A stretch of 64,000 nt of DNA from Vicugna vicugna (Eukaryota): NCBI GenBank assembly GCA_013265495.1, contig MU059256.1, positions 5,684,473-5,748,472 of the forward strand, in the 5' to 3' direction. The position numbers and the translations under genes are program-made. The notes beneath the pieces were generated by a model, which made no database searches, was not told the DNA's origin, and worked only from the letters and a program-made list of their open reading frames with translations. This document shows, in pieces, positions 12,667-24,010 of the stretch; within the stretch, counting starts at the first letter, position 1; every line of letters begins with the position of its first letter.

Positions 12667-13642
12667 TTACTCAATCAACAGGCCTGAGCCCCCGGGGCGT
12701 TGCTGGGGCCTTCCACAAAGACCTCGCCAGACACTTGGCCGCAAATGGCTGATCTCTGCTCAGCTGGGCTGGGAAGACTCAGTTGGCAGGTACACAGACA
12801 GCTTGAATAAGGGTTGTTCTCTGCTGAGTCCCTGGATGGCCCCAGCTCCTCTCTGGCCACCTCTGGCTTGAGAGAAGAATCTGGCACCCTGGTGCACTGG
12901 GATCATGGTATTAATGAAGTAGTCAGTTCATGGAAGCAGAAGACTGAGGCTCAGGGCAGGATGGTGGTGGGGCCAGGGTGGGAGGAGGGTAGGTGGATTA
13001 GAGTAATGTATGAGAAATAAGACTGGAAGTTTCCAGGATTCAGATCTTAGAAGGCCTTGAATGCCAAGCAAGGAAGTATGTTGTTCAAACCCAGGAGCCT
13101 ATGGGAGGTTCTTGAGCAGGGGAGGGCTGTGATGGGGGGGGGAGCTGGCCTGGAGTGGCTGTCATGGGTGCTGGGAAGGGGCACACTCTATGGAAAGGGG
13201 ATTTTGAAGGCAAGCTCCTCTGCCGTTGGGGGTCATCTGCCTCCCATTTCCCAAAGAGGAGGCAGAGCTGGACCTTATCTTCATTTGGCAGAGTGACTGA
13301 CTTACACAGATGTTGTTTCACTTTGAAAGGCTAGACTGAATAGGGCAGCCATGAGATAGGCATGATTCAGAGTGGGAGGGAAAGTGCCCCCAGGAATGGG
13401 TTGAAATCCCTGGCCCAGGAGGAAGGTGTGGGCTGGCTGCCCAGGCTGAGTGGAGGGAGAAGGGGCACCAGCTCCCATTTTTAGGAAGCAGTGCACTCAG
13501 AAAATTTCTTCATCTGGGCACCAGGTGGTGCTGTCGAACCAAGGCTCAGACTGTCTCACACCCTGTCCGGCCAGCCTGGGGTGAGGGGGGAAGAAACAGG
13601 TCTCTCATCACCCCCCTCCCTGGGGGCTTTTCTCTCTTGCAG

Positions 13643-13717
13643 ACGACGAGTCTCCAGGACTCTATGGCTTCCTCCACGTCATTGTCCACTCTGCCAAGGG
13701 GTTTAAGCAGTCAGCCA
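13643..13717 (+). CDS. ABR: ABR exon 14 (C2 start): (D)[24 protein letters not shown]
   Basis: cttgcag / gtaagt; 75 nt. Confidence 0.96.
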
Positions 13718-13889
13718 GTAAGTGCCCTATGGACCTATTTCATGTGGCCTCCCACTGCGGCTCTGCTGTGGTCTGCTCAGGCTGGGGCCCTGACAGTTGC
13801 TTTGAGATGTGGGGTGTTTCCGACAAAGGCCAGAATTGTCCCTGCCCTTTGTCTCCAAGGTCTGTTCTTCCCCAAATCCTCCGCCACCC

Positions 13890-14010
13890 CCAGGGGTCTG
13901 GAATACTAGGTTCCAATCCCACATCTGCCGATTGTATGCTTTGTGACCTTGGGGAAGTCTCTTAACCTCTCTGAGCCTCAGCTTTTTTCTCCATAAAAGG
14001 CAATCACACT
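13890..14010 (+). mobile_element. MIR SINE
   Basis: gtgaccttggggaagtctcttaacctctctgagcctcag. Confidence 0.85.
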
Positions 14011-14189
14011 TGTTACTACTGACCTAAGAGCAGGCTTAAACATGACCGTGTATGTGCAGTGCCAGCTCACTCAAACACACATTTCTTTTTCTCCCTTCTT
14101 TATCATGACCTATGAAATCTGTGCAGTTTCTAGTATTTCACAAGATACAGTTACATTTTTATCTAATTTTTCTCCCTGTAGGAATTTGT

Positions 14190-14310
14190 GAATCAGTTAG
14201 ACAGCTAATAGTTTCTCCCCATTTGCCAGATGAGAAAACTAAGTCTCAGAGAGATTAGAAGGACTTAACATCACACAGGATCAGAAACCCAGGGGTCCTG
14301 ACTCCTCTCA
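14190..14310 (-). mobile_element. MIR SINE
   Basis: ccccatttgccagatgagaaaactaagtctcagagag. Confidence 0.8.
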
Positions 14311-16224
14311 GCCTGCCCCTTCCCACTCCCTTCTCTTCCTCCCTGGCGGGTGAGAGCCACCTTTGCCTCTCTCCCTGCAGTGCACCATGCAGAGGTCATG
14401 CTACTGGCCCACAAGCAGTCATTCAATAAACCTTTACTAAGAAGCCTGGGTTCCTGCGGTAAATCGGCCTCCCTTCTCTGTGCTCCCATCACCCCAGGGC
14501 AAACCATGGTTACAGCACCTGTCATACTGTTTTGTCCCTTAAAATCAGTATGAATTCTTAGAGGGCAGAAACCAGGTCTCCTTTACCCTTGAACAAACAG
14601 GAATTCAGACATGCTGAATGAAGTAGTTTATTTCCAGACACCTACTGCATGCCTGGGCCCCTTACTAGGTGTTGGCGAGAATGCAAATGTGGCCAGCGAG
14701 TGGACAGTGCCTGTTCAAAGCCTGTTTAGGTGTGTTATCTGCTCTGATTCTCCTGGCATCCCTCCAAGGTCACTGACACCATTTCCTCTTTGACGTACAA
14801 GGAAGCTGAGGCGAAGAGGGCTCCAGGGGCTTGCTCAGGGTCACCCGGCAAGTCACACAGGTAGTGGAGTCGAATCCATGTCTTCTGACACCAAAGCCCA
14901 CGCTTTCCCCTCAGTGGGAAGCTTTTTCTCAGTAGGGCCAAGACCACCACGCTCGTCCCTCGGGCTGTACACATGACAGCTTCCTGGACCCTCCCAGACC
15001 CACAGAACCCCCTGGGGTGGGGGTGAGGGAGCTTCCCAGGAACATTCATGGTCAGTCAGCCCCACGGGGCTGTCACACATCCCCCAGTCCGCAGCCCACG
15101 GAGCTGGACCAGGCGCCTCCCCTCTCCACATGCCCAGATGTCTCAACCCCCGCTCTCTCTGCATCCTGTCGGCTGGAATGGGCCTCAGGGAGCAGACCCA
15201 TTGGGGTGGGGCACCCCACTCCTCCAGAGCAGATGTTCCACCTCTTAAACCAGGTTGAGCAGTCAGATATGGGGTGAGCTGCTGGAGTCTCCCCTCACCT
15301 CCAATCAGTCCTCCATCTCCCTCCACCAGCCCCCTGACCGCGCAGGCACTCATTCGGACATGGGGGTCAGACCTCGTGTATCTTCAGCCATGGCTGCCTT
15401 TCCTTGTGAGCTCATTCTACCTGCACAGTCAGGCCTAGGGTGAGGCACCGTTCCCATTCCTGATTCATGGATGAAGCGCTCAGGCACAGAGGGTAGGTGG
15501 TTTGTGCAGAGCCAAAATCTGACCAGACAGTCTGACTCCAGAGCCCTTTCTCTTATCCCGTGAACTGTCCCCAACCCCTGATAGAAGGTTCACTCCACTG
15601 CAGAGTCAGTTCATGGTGACAGCACTTCTGCCTCTCCATCTCAGCCCCCCACACACACTCTTTGGTCTGACGGAGGCCGGGGTGCATTGGGCCTTCTGCA
15701 GTGCCCCCCTGCACCCACATCGCAGTGTGCTCTGATACCTGGTTATAGCTGGTCTCCATCACACCCAGGTAGAGACAGCTTAGGGACACGCTACCCACTC
15801 TGCCTCCTGCAGGAAAGCCCTTCTGACGGAGAACAGCCCAGCTGGGCAACCCTGGGGCCTGGGAGGGTCACCTACATCCACCCTCTGACCTCTGCCCCTT
15901 GCTCCTGAGTCACACTGCAGAGGATTGGCTGTGGTCCCCCAAAACCGCCCCCTAAACACACCATTACCGTGGGAAACAACCTTGGCAGCGCCAGTGGAGG
16001 GGGAGGCTGCCAGGGTCTGAGCCCTGGAGGGCTGTGTGGATTTGCAGAGCACCTGGGGTAACCACCAGTGCTGTGGCCTCGTCAGTTGGATCTCGGGGTG
16101 GAGGGGGCAAGATATTTAGCCTTAAAGGCCATGGTTCTAGATGGAAATGCCAGGGAAGGCTCCCCCCGCACCCCCGTCCCAGCCCTCTACCACTTTGTTA
16201 CCTGAAGCACTTGGGGGAGGTTAG

Positions 16225-16430
16225 AGCACCATTCATTCACCCACCAGTGTTTGCCATGTACCTACTATGTGCGAGCCCAGTTCTTGGTGCCAAGGGTACA
16301 CCGGTGGCTGGGAAAACAAGGCGTCTGCCTGTGTAGTGTTGATGCAGTGGAGGGAAGGGAGACCGAAAACACATGGTCAGAAAAGACAACTTCAGTTAAA
16401 GTTAAGCACTATGAAGAAAACAGCAAACAG
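16225..16430 (-). mobile_element. L2 3' end
   Basis: cattcattca..ca....tttg....acctactatgtg. Confidence 0.75.
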
Positions 16431-16530
16431 CCTTTGGAGTGTGGGGGACATTTTTGGTTGTCACAGTGACTGAGGTCACTCCAGGTTTTCAGTACCCAGA
16501 GGCCAGGTGCCCTCCAGGGACACCCCTGTT
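16430..16530 (+). mobile_element. MER20 fragment
   Basis: ggggacatttttggttgtcaca...agaggccagg. Confidence 0.7.
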
Positions 16531-16935
16531 GAGGAACCTGGGATTCGAAGGGCGGAGGGGAGGGGAGGGGAGGGGTGGCTCCTGTAGTCTGTCGTCGGTG
16601 AAGACCTTGGCATGAGGCCTCAGTGGTGAGGAGTCACTAAGCCAAGATCTGGCAAGAAGGTACTGCAGGGACCCTAAGGTGGTAGCAGCTGACACGTTGG
16701 CAGGAGGGGACCATCGTGGCTGGCGGGGGGGTGGTGCCGGTGCATGAGGTGGGGTCAGCGGGGAGGGCGGAGAAGTGGGAAGGGGCCGGAACACACCAGG
16801 CTGCGGGCAGGAAGGCACCAGGCCCCACCCCAGGAGGACAAGGGGTGCTGATGCATTATCCCCCTCCCTCACCCACGGGTTCCTGCGCCTCGGGCCTCAC
16901 TGGGTGTGTCTCTGCCTATCCCCCCTCTGCCACAG

Positions 16936-17033
16936 ACCTGTACTGTACCCTGGAGGTGGATTCGTTTGGCTACTTTGTCAGCAAAGCCAAAACCAGGGTG
17001 TTCCGCGACACGACAGAGCCCAAATGGGATGAG
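16936..17033 (+). CDS. ABR: ABR exon 15 (C2): (N)[32 protein letters not shown]
   Basis: ccacag / gtgagt; 98 nt. Confidence 0.97.
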
Positions 17034-17443
17034 GTGAGTGGAGGGGCTGGTGTCCGTCCCCGCAGGGGACCCCTGAGCTTGTCCCCGACCGTGCCCATCC
17101 CACTCCCAGTGCTCATGTCCGGTTGGCTGGGGGCGTTCATGCCTGCTGTTGGACCACCCCCATCCCTCTGACTCCCCTGCCCTCTCCTCCCTGCTCATCT
17201 GGCTTCTAACCTCGTGTTTGCGTCTAGACACAACGGGGTTTCAGCTCAGGCCCCAAACTCCACTTCAGCGGAGGTTTGGAGGCCTCTGGAGCCCCAGGAA
17301 CTGAAGAAGCTGCCTAGTGCCTCATGCTGTGGTCCTCACGGGCCCTCTGCACCCCCTCTCACCCTTGCCGAGGTGGGGCCCACCTGTGGCCAGGAAGCCA
17401 GGTCAGCTTCGGAGGTTCAGGACCCTACCCCATGTTTCCCCAG

Positions 17444-17575
17444 GAGTTTGAGATTGAGCTGGAGGGCTCTCAGTCCCTGAGGATCCTGTGCTACGAGAAG
17501 TGCTATGACAAGACCAAGGTCAACAAGGACAACAACGAGATTGTGGACAAGATCATGGGCAAAGGGCAGATCCAG
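17444..17575 (+). CDS. ABR: ABR exon 16 (C2): [44 protein letters not shown]
   Basis: ccccag / gtgagg; 132 nt, phase 0-0. Confidence 0.97.
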
Positions 17576-20500
17576 GTGAGGGGCCAGACGCTGCCGGGGC
17601 ACCAGGTCCAGGCTCGGGGAGCTGCCCGGAGGTGGTGCCTGCCGGGACAGCGTCCTTCTCCCCTATCTTCTTGGTCAAGGCGATTGGCCTTTTGTGACTT
17701 GGGCTCAAAGCTGGTTTGAGAAAAGTTCCCTGAGATGGTTGTTCTCCCCTGTTGGAGATGGAGTCTCATTCTAGCCCCGGAAGCCCATGTGTGCCTGGTT
17801 CCTTGGGCTCCCACATCTGATTCAGGTCATCCACACTCCTGCAGGATGGACTGGATGGAAGGATGACAGCTACCTTTGTTTTCATATCCCATCTCTAGCC
17901 TACTGATGGCTTTTTCCAGGAACACAGTGTTAAGAAGGGCTCTGATGCTATATCCGTGAGTGCTGTGTCGGATTAGCAATGTCTGCCATGAGAGCGTGAG
18001 GCCCCGAGCATTTACCACTGGACTGGAAGGGCTTAGGATCCAGCTGGGCTGCTAGTGGCTGGTCTCTGACCTGTTGCTAGGGTTGCTGGGCCTTACTCAC
18101 CCGTGCCAGGAGGTCACTGGCTCAGGGTGATTTCTGCGGGGTACGAGCAGAAGCGTCAGCTGCGTTTCTTGGTGTCCTATAAACTTATGTAGGGAAAAGG
18201 GCTTTATCTGCAGCCTGTGTCTTTGGAAATTTGGCCAGTTTTGAAGATGGCTGCTATTCACTTACCTGTCAAGGGGATGCAGGCTTGGAGAGGTCACATT
18301 TGGTGTGGAGCCATCCACACTCCATCTGGCACCTTGTGTGGCCTCATGCTTATGACATAAGTGTCCTGGTTTGGGAGTTGATTCTTTGACCATGAAATCG
18401 AGGGAAACAGTAACTGTCATGCCCTGGGATTGAGGCACGGGCTCTGGGCTTCTTAACAATTGCCCTAGGGTTGATCTGGATGCAGGGAGCTGAATGATGC
18501 TTTTTTACAGGAAGCCTTTGTTGTTCTCTGATGCACTGTTGAGGCTGCAGAGATGGGTGTCTGACTCAGCTGGGTGTCCTTGTGGCTGTGCCCCCTTGGG
18601 AAATCTTATGGGCCTTCTCAGTTTCCAGTGTTGGAACAAGGGAGATGGCACCATTTGGTGGGGCCCGACCGTCTGCCTCATGGTGCCCCACATTCCTGAG
18701 CATGGCCCTTCCTGATGCTGTGGGGCCTGCACCTCACTCTTTAGCATCGTTGCCAGGGATACAGTGCTGCCAGGCAACTGTGAGCTGGTCCTTCATTATT
18801 TAGGAAATGGGAGCTGATGAGCGTGAGCTCTAAATTCAGGCCTAGGAACCTACTTCCTGCAGGGCTAAGGAGTGGGCGCTCCAGTCCACATCCCCCAGCT
18901 GGCCTGTCCAGCCTCAGAAGGTACCCAGCCCAGAAGCCTGACCAACCACCACACCCTCTGGGCCATTAGTGGCTGCAGAGTGGAAGAGTTCAAAAGGGTG
19001 CCCCAGGCAGCCAGCACAGTGAGCAACATGGGCGCTGACCCCCCACCCCAGAGCCCAGGTTCCAGGCCTCAATGGCACGGTCCCCACCTGGACATTGCAG
19101 CCCTGTTGCCTCCCTCCCCCTCACTGCTGTCAGCTGTGCAGGCCCCAGGGGACACACCATTAATCATTACATCTTGGAGACAGGAGCAGATGGAGGTGGT
19201 GGGGGAGGGGGAGGAAGCCAGGTTATGTTTGGCAAAGCAGAAAGCACAGTCTGGTGAGGAAAATGTTTCTGTGTTTAAGCTTCGAGGAATGTTAAATGCC
19301 TGGGAGTTGATATTAAAAGAAACACAAACCTTGCTGCTGCCAGCTGACCTGGGCCTGTGAACAGCCAGTTCAGAGCCAGTGTCCTCTGGAGGGCTTTGAA
19401 GTCTCCTAGCCCTCAGCTCCCCAAGGCCCAGCCCTTGGCCCTCAGCCCTGGAGCCATCCTGCCCCTAAGATTGGGGGAGGGGTGTCCCCACAGAGGTGTG
19501 CCATGCCTTGTAAAGTCTGCTTGCCCTGGACTGCCCTTGGAGCCACTGAGGATGACAGGCTGGGCTGTAGAGGCCGCACTGAGCTGTTCCAACCTGGCCA
19601 GGCCCCACGGAGCCACGGAACGGTCTGTTCCCACAGCTCGCTCCCACCTCCATTCCTGCCACGTGTCCAAGGAAGGAAATTGGCACCAGCCTCTGGCACT
19701 CGGTCCTGCCCCACTTCAGCAGGCGCCGAGGATGGAACTGAGGGGCGCCCCACAGGAGGAACTGAGTCACTGGGGACGTCCAGGTGGCCTGAAGGGGAGG
19801 CAGCGGGGAGAAAGCCCACCCCTGTTGCCCCACTTCTTTCTAAGCCCTCCTAGATCAGCTTATCCAGAGAACAGAGAGGGACCCCGTTTCCTAAGCTCCA
19901 GGCATTTACTCCAGGATGAGTCTCCGTCTCTGGGTTGGCCAGATGCAGCACTGGGGGCAGGGGATCGGAGCTGGCGGGGAGAAGGGACAGCCTGGAGTGA
20001 TAGCAGGTGGCAGCGCTGATCACCAGTGTATGTCCAGCACTTGTGCTGTGGGAGGCCCATTCCCAGATGTCCTCACGTGAGCCTTGCAACAGCACTGCCA
20101 GGAAAATGACAGTCGTAGCCTCCCTGTTTGGTAGACGAGGACACTGAGGCCCTGGTGCCTCTGCTGACTGTGCAGGGAAGGCCGTGCTCTCTCCCCTGCG
20201 CTGTGTCCCTGTGCCCCAGGCCTTCATCGGGGAGTCCCCCAGCCCGGGGGGAAGGGCTCAGCATGGCTGGTGGTCTGGAGAAGGAGCTGGAGGTGGGGGT
20301 TCCCACCCCTGCATCCCACCTTATGGCATAAGGTGAGCGGAAGGCCTCCTTTGGTGTCCTCTCACCTCTGGGCGGGGGACATTTCTGCCTCGTGTACCTG
20401 GAAGAAAGCAGAATGAGTGTGCGTGGAAAAGAGCCAGGGTGGGGACTTTGCTTCTGCAGTGTGCACAGCACGGACTGGCTGCTCTGAAGTGCAGGGGCCT

Positions 20501-20599
20501 GGCCTTAAGGAATCTTCTGCCAGATTGGAAAGACAAGCATTGTCAGTACACGGCACACAGCTAGAGGACAAGGCAAGGTGCTGATGACGGTGGGGATGG

Positions 20600-20810
20600 T
20601 GATGGTGATGCTGGTGGTGAGGGTAACAGCTCTGTGTGAGCCCCGTGCTGGGCTAACGCTCACAGCCATTACTCCAGGGGTTCTACCTAGTACCCTTCAG
20701 GGTAGGAAAGTCATCACACTTTAAAGATGAGAAAGCTGAGGTTAAGTAACCTGTCCGAGGCCAGGGCCGGCTGGTGGGGGAGCCAGGACTGGAGCCAGAG
20801 CCCGTGCCTT
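20600..20810 (-). mobile_element. MIR SINE, preceded by a degenerate (GAT/GGT)n tract
   Basis: tttaaagatgagaaagctgaggttaagtaacctgtcc. Confidence 0.75.
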
Positions 20811-22724
20811 GCCCTCTCTAGGGGCTCTCCTGTCCCCCACTGCTTCCTGTGGAACAAGAGGAAAACTAGCACCACAAGGATTCAAACAAGGAAAGAAAGA
20901 CCATCGTGCGCTAGCGTTAGGGAGGGTTCTAGGAGGAGGTGGAGCGAGAGGAATCTGAGAGCACTGGGTTTCTAAATTCCAAAAGCAGTGTTTATATTAG
21001 AAAGAAAGTAGCGATAATAATGAGGAGACTTGAAACATAATCACAAACCATCCCTGCTCCCACTCCTCCCAAACGGCCGTTTTATTTTGTGCCTTTTTCC
21101 TTCCTCACGTACACAAATTTTTATATGGTTTTAATGATGGTGTGTATTTTGGCTTTTTCTTTTCCTTCTGTTTTCACATAATGTTATCATAAACCCCCTT
21201 TTCTCTAGGCTGTATGTAGGCTTTATAATTAACCTTTTTTGTCACACTGTCAAAATGACTTCATAAAAGTCATTTTACATAATGGCCAGCACATTAATTG
21301 CCATTTTAAGGCTTTGTTATTCTAGCAGGGGCTGGATCAGCAGAAAGGAGTGGGGCAGGCATTCTGGGGGAAAGGGCCCACAGGGCTAAGAGCAGGGAGG
21401 CAGGAATGTCCAGGGAGTGTCCCAGGAAATTAAGGAGCCCGCCTGCCCTGAGCGGGAGGGATTGTGAGCAACGCAAGTAAGAGGGAGGTTTAAGGAATGA
21501 ATAAAAGAGGAATCAGTAGGGTTTTTAGGCTAGGAGGAATCGTGGAGGGCGTTTTATCCAGTCCTGTTTTGAGGGGGACAAGGAAACTGAGACCAGAAAG
21601 GGTGAGTGACGTAGCCACAGCCACACAGCGCATTGGTGGTTGAGCGAGGGGCCCAGATTCGAGGACCCGATCCTAGGGTTGCTCATACTTGGTCAGCTGC
21701 TGGGCACATGAGTAAATGAAAATTCTTAGATGGGGCAGAGGCAGACTCAGATGTCAGCCTGTGACACTCAGGATCTGCCCTTTGTCGCTGCAACACTGCA
21801 AATCTAGTGGAAGATCCCGTCAGCAGGCTGCGTGTCTCCTCTTCTAGATTCAGGAGCCCTCCCTTCCTTCCCCAGACCTTCAGCTCCTCCATCCTGGAGC
21901 CCCCCACTGTCTGCTCCTCCTGCTGCCCCACCCCCACCCGGCCCAGGAGCCCCTCAGCCAGGAGGCCCCCCTTCCTCTGCCTTGGCTCCGTGGCCCCAGG
22001 AGACTCCTGTATGTTTATCCCAGTCTATTTCCAGCCATGCTGCTCCAGGCTCCAGATGTGTTGTCCCCAACTGGGACCTTACTGGCTGGCTGATTAGTGT
22101 ATTCCCAGGTCCAGCCCTTGTTGACTGGCTGGGCCAGGGGGGAGAATTCTCCCCGGGCACCTCACAGCTCAGTTTCTGCCACAGACTTCACACATGAAAG
22201 GGGTCCGAGACCTGGGATCCCCTTCACACCCCTGCTTTCCCATTTGCCAGCTCAGCCACAAGCCTAGGACGGCCCCCAGCCTTAGGCTGTCTTTGCCACA
22301 GTGGGAGGAACTTTCCTGGGAGCTTGCCAGGGCCAGCCTTCCCTGGACATAGGGGAGCTCAAGACCCTGCAGTGAGAAGGAGCAGGTTCCAGGCCGAGAA
22401 GGGGACGCTCCAGCTGTCCCCATGCCTGGAGTGCTAACTCCCCTCCCCACCACCCCCCATTGCAGCATTCCATCCTGGTGGGGTGCCTCACCCTCGCCCA
22501 GCCCATCCTCCTTCCTCATCCCATCTGGAGCTTGGAGCCTGTGTCTGACTGAGAAAGGAGGGTGATTTCTTTGACATTCCTGACCTGGCCACTTGGAAGC
22601 TTGTGAGGGGTCAGAGCTATTATGGTGACACTCAGGAGGAGGTCGTGAAGGCCAGCCCCCTGCCTTCGGGACTGGGAGTGTTCTCAGAGCTCAGACTGGC
22701 ACATCTAACATCTAGACTCCCTTA

Positions 22725-23185
22725 CTTTTTTGTTCAACCTTGGTAAAACATACATACCGTGAAATTTACCATTTTAATCATTCTGGGGTGTACCATTCAG
22801 AGGCATTAAGTACATTCACAAAGTTGTGCAACCGTCACCACCGTCCATCTCCAGAACTTTTCATCTTCCCAACCAGGAGGTATGTACCCATTAAACAGAA
22901 ACTTTCCGTTCCTTCTGCCCTCTCCCCTCCAGCCCCTGGCAGCCAGCGTTCTATTTTCTTGAATTTGACTATTCTAGGTGCCTTGTGTAAGTGGAACCCT
23001 ACAATATTTATCTTTTGGTGACTGGCTCACTTCAATTAAAGTCTCTAAGGTTCTTCTGTGTTGAATGGTAGCATGTGTCGGAATTCCCTTCCTTTTAAGG
23101 CTGAATAGCATGGTACGTAGTACAGACTACATTTTGTTTATCTATTCATCCATCAGTGGACATTTGGGTTATTTCCACCTCAAAC
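22725..23185 (-). mobile_element. L1MB-type 3' UTR fragment
   Basis: gcattaagtacattcaca..gttgtgcaacc.tcaccacc.tccatctccagaacttt...cattcatc.atcagtggacatttgggtt. Confidence 0.9.
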
Positions 23186-23779
23186 TTTCTTACTTTGAAG
23201 AATAGAGCCTGCTCGCTGAGGATGGAGATTTCTCCTTCTCTCCAGACCCAGGGTTAGCACACCCCTCCCCCACCCCCAGGGGCTCATCTCTCTCCAGCTG
23301 TAATAGGAGAGCAGGGCCCCAAGCCCCCCGGGCAGCACTGGTAACTTCAGCCTCTTCTAGTTGAAGAACATATTTGCCCCCATGGCTTTCTCTCCCCCAG
23401 TGTAAGCATCCCTGTCTCCTTGGCACCCCCTTCTCAGAACTCCTTTGCCCACCCCTCTGTCAGTGGTTTAGGTGGAGTATGGGGTGCAGTACATCTGATA
23501 GTGTGGGACGAGCATGGGGCTGAGGGTCAGAAAACACATCTGGGTCCCTTGACCGCTTGGAGGCCTCGGTTTCTTCATCTGTTAAAAGGAACAATTATTC
23601 CCACTCTGCCTTCATCTTGGGCTTGTAGTGAGGCTCACAGGATGGAATGTCTCTGAAAGAAGCTGGTCAGTGCACACCCACGCTTTCCCTGGTGTGGTCA
23701 TGTGTTTCTGTTGGTGGCGCGCCCCATAAATGGCAGGTGCTGTGCTGTGAATGCAGAGAATGGACAGGACCTCCACAAG

Positions 23780-24010
23780 TAGTGAAGAAAACAGAAGGAA
23801 ATTGTGATCATTCAGCTGCTGTTGAAGGGACTTTGAGGCCTGACAGATCTGTGCTTCAGTCTCGCTTTCTCCATTTGTCAGCTGGGAGAACACAGCAAGC
23901 TACTTTACCTCTCTGAGCCTCAGTTTCCTCACCTGTACAATGGGCTGTTAAGAGAACTGAATGTGAAAGTCTATGAGGCCCTGAGCACAGGGCCTGGCAC
24001 AGAGTCAGTC
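23780..24010. mobile_element. Two adjacent MIR fragments in inverted orientation (- then +)
   Basis: ctccatttgtcagctgggagaacacag followed by ctctgagcctcagtttcctcacctgtacaatggg. Confidence 0.75.

Noticed and set aside
18490-18535. C/D-box snoRNA-like ATGATG...CTGA
   Set aside because: Imperfect C box, too short, no terminal stem
19357-20019. 220-aa ORF
   Set aside because: Pro/Gly/Leu/Arg-rich composition typical of GC-rich intron, non-ATG start, no domain recognised
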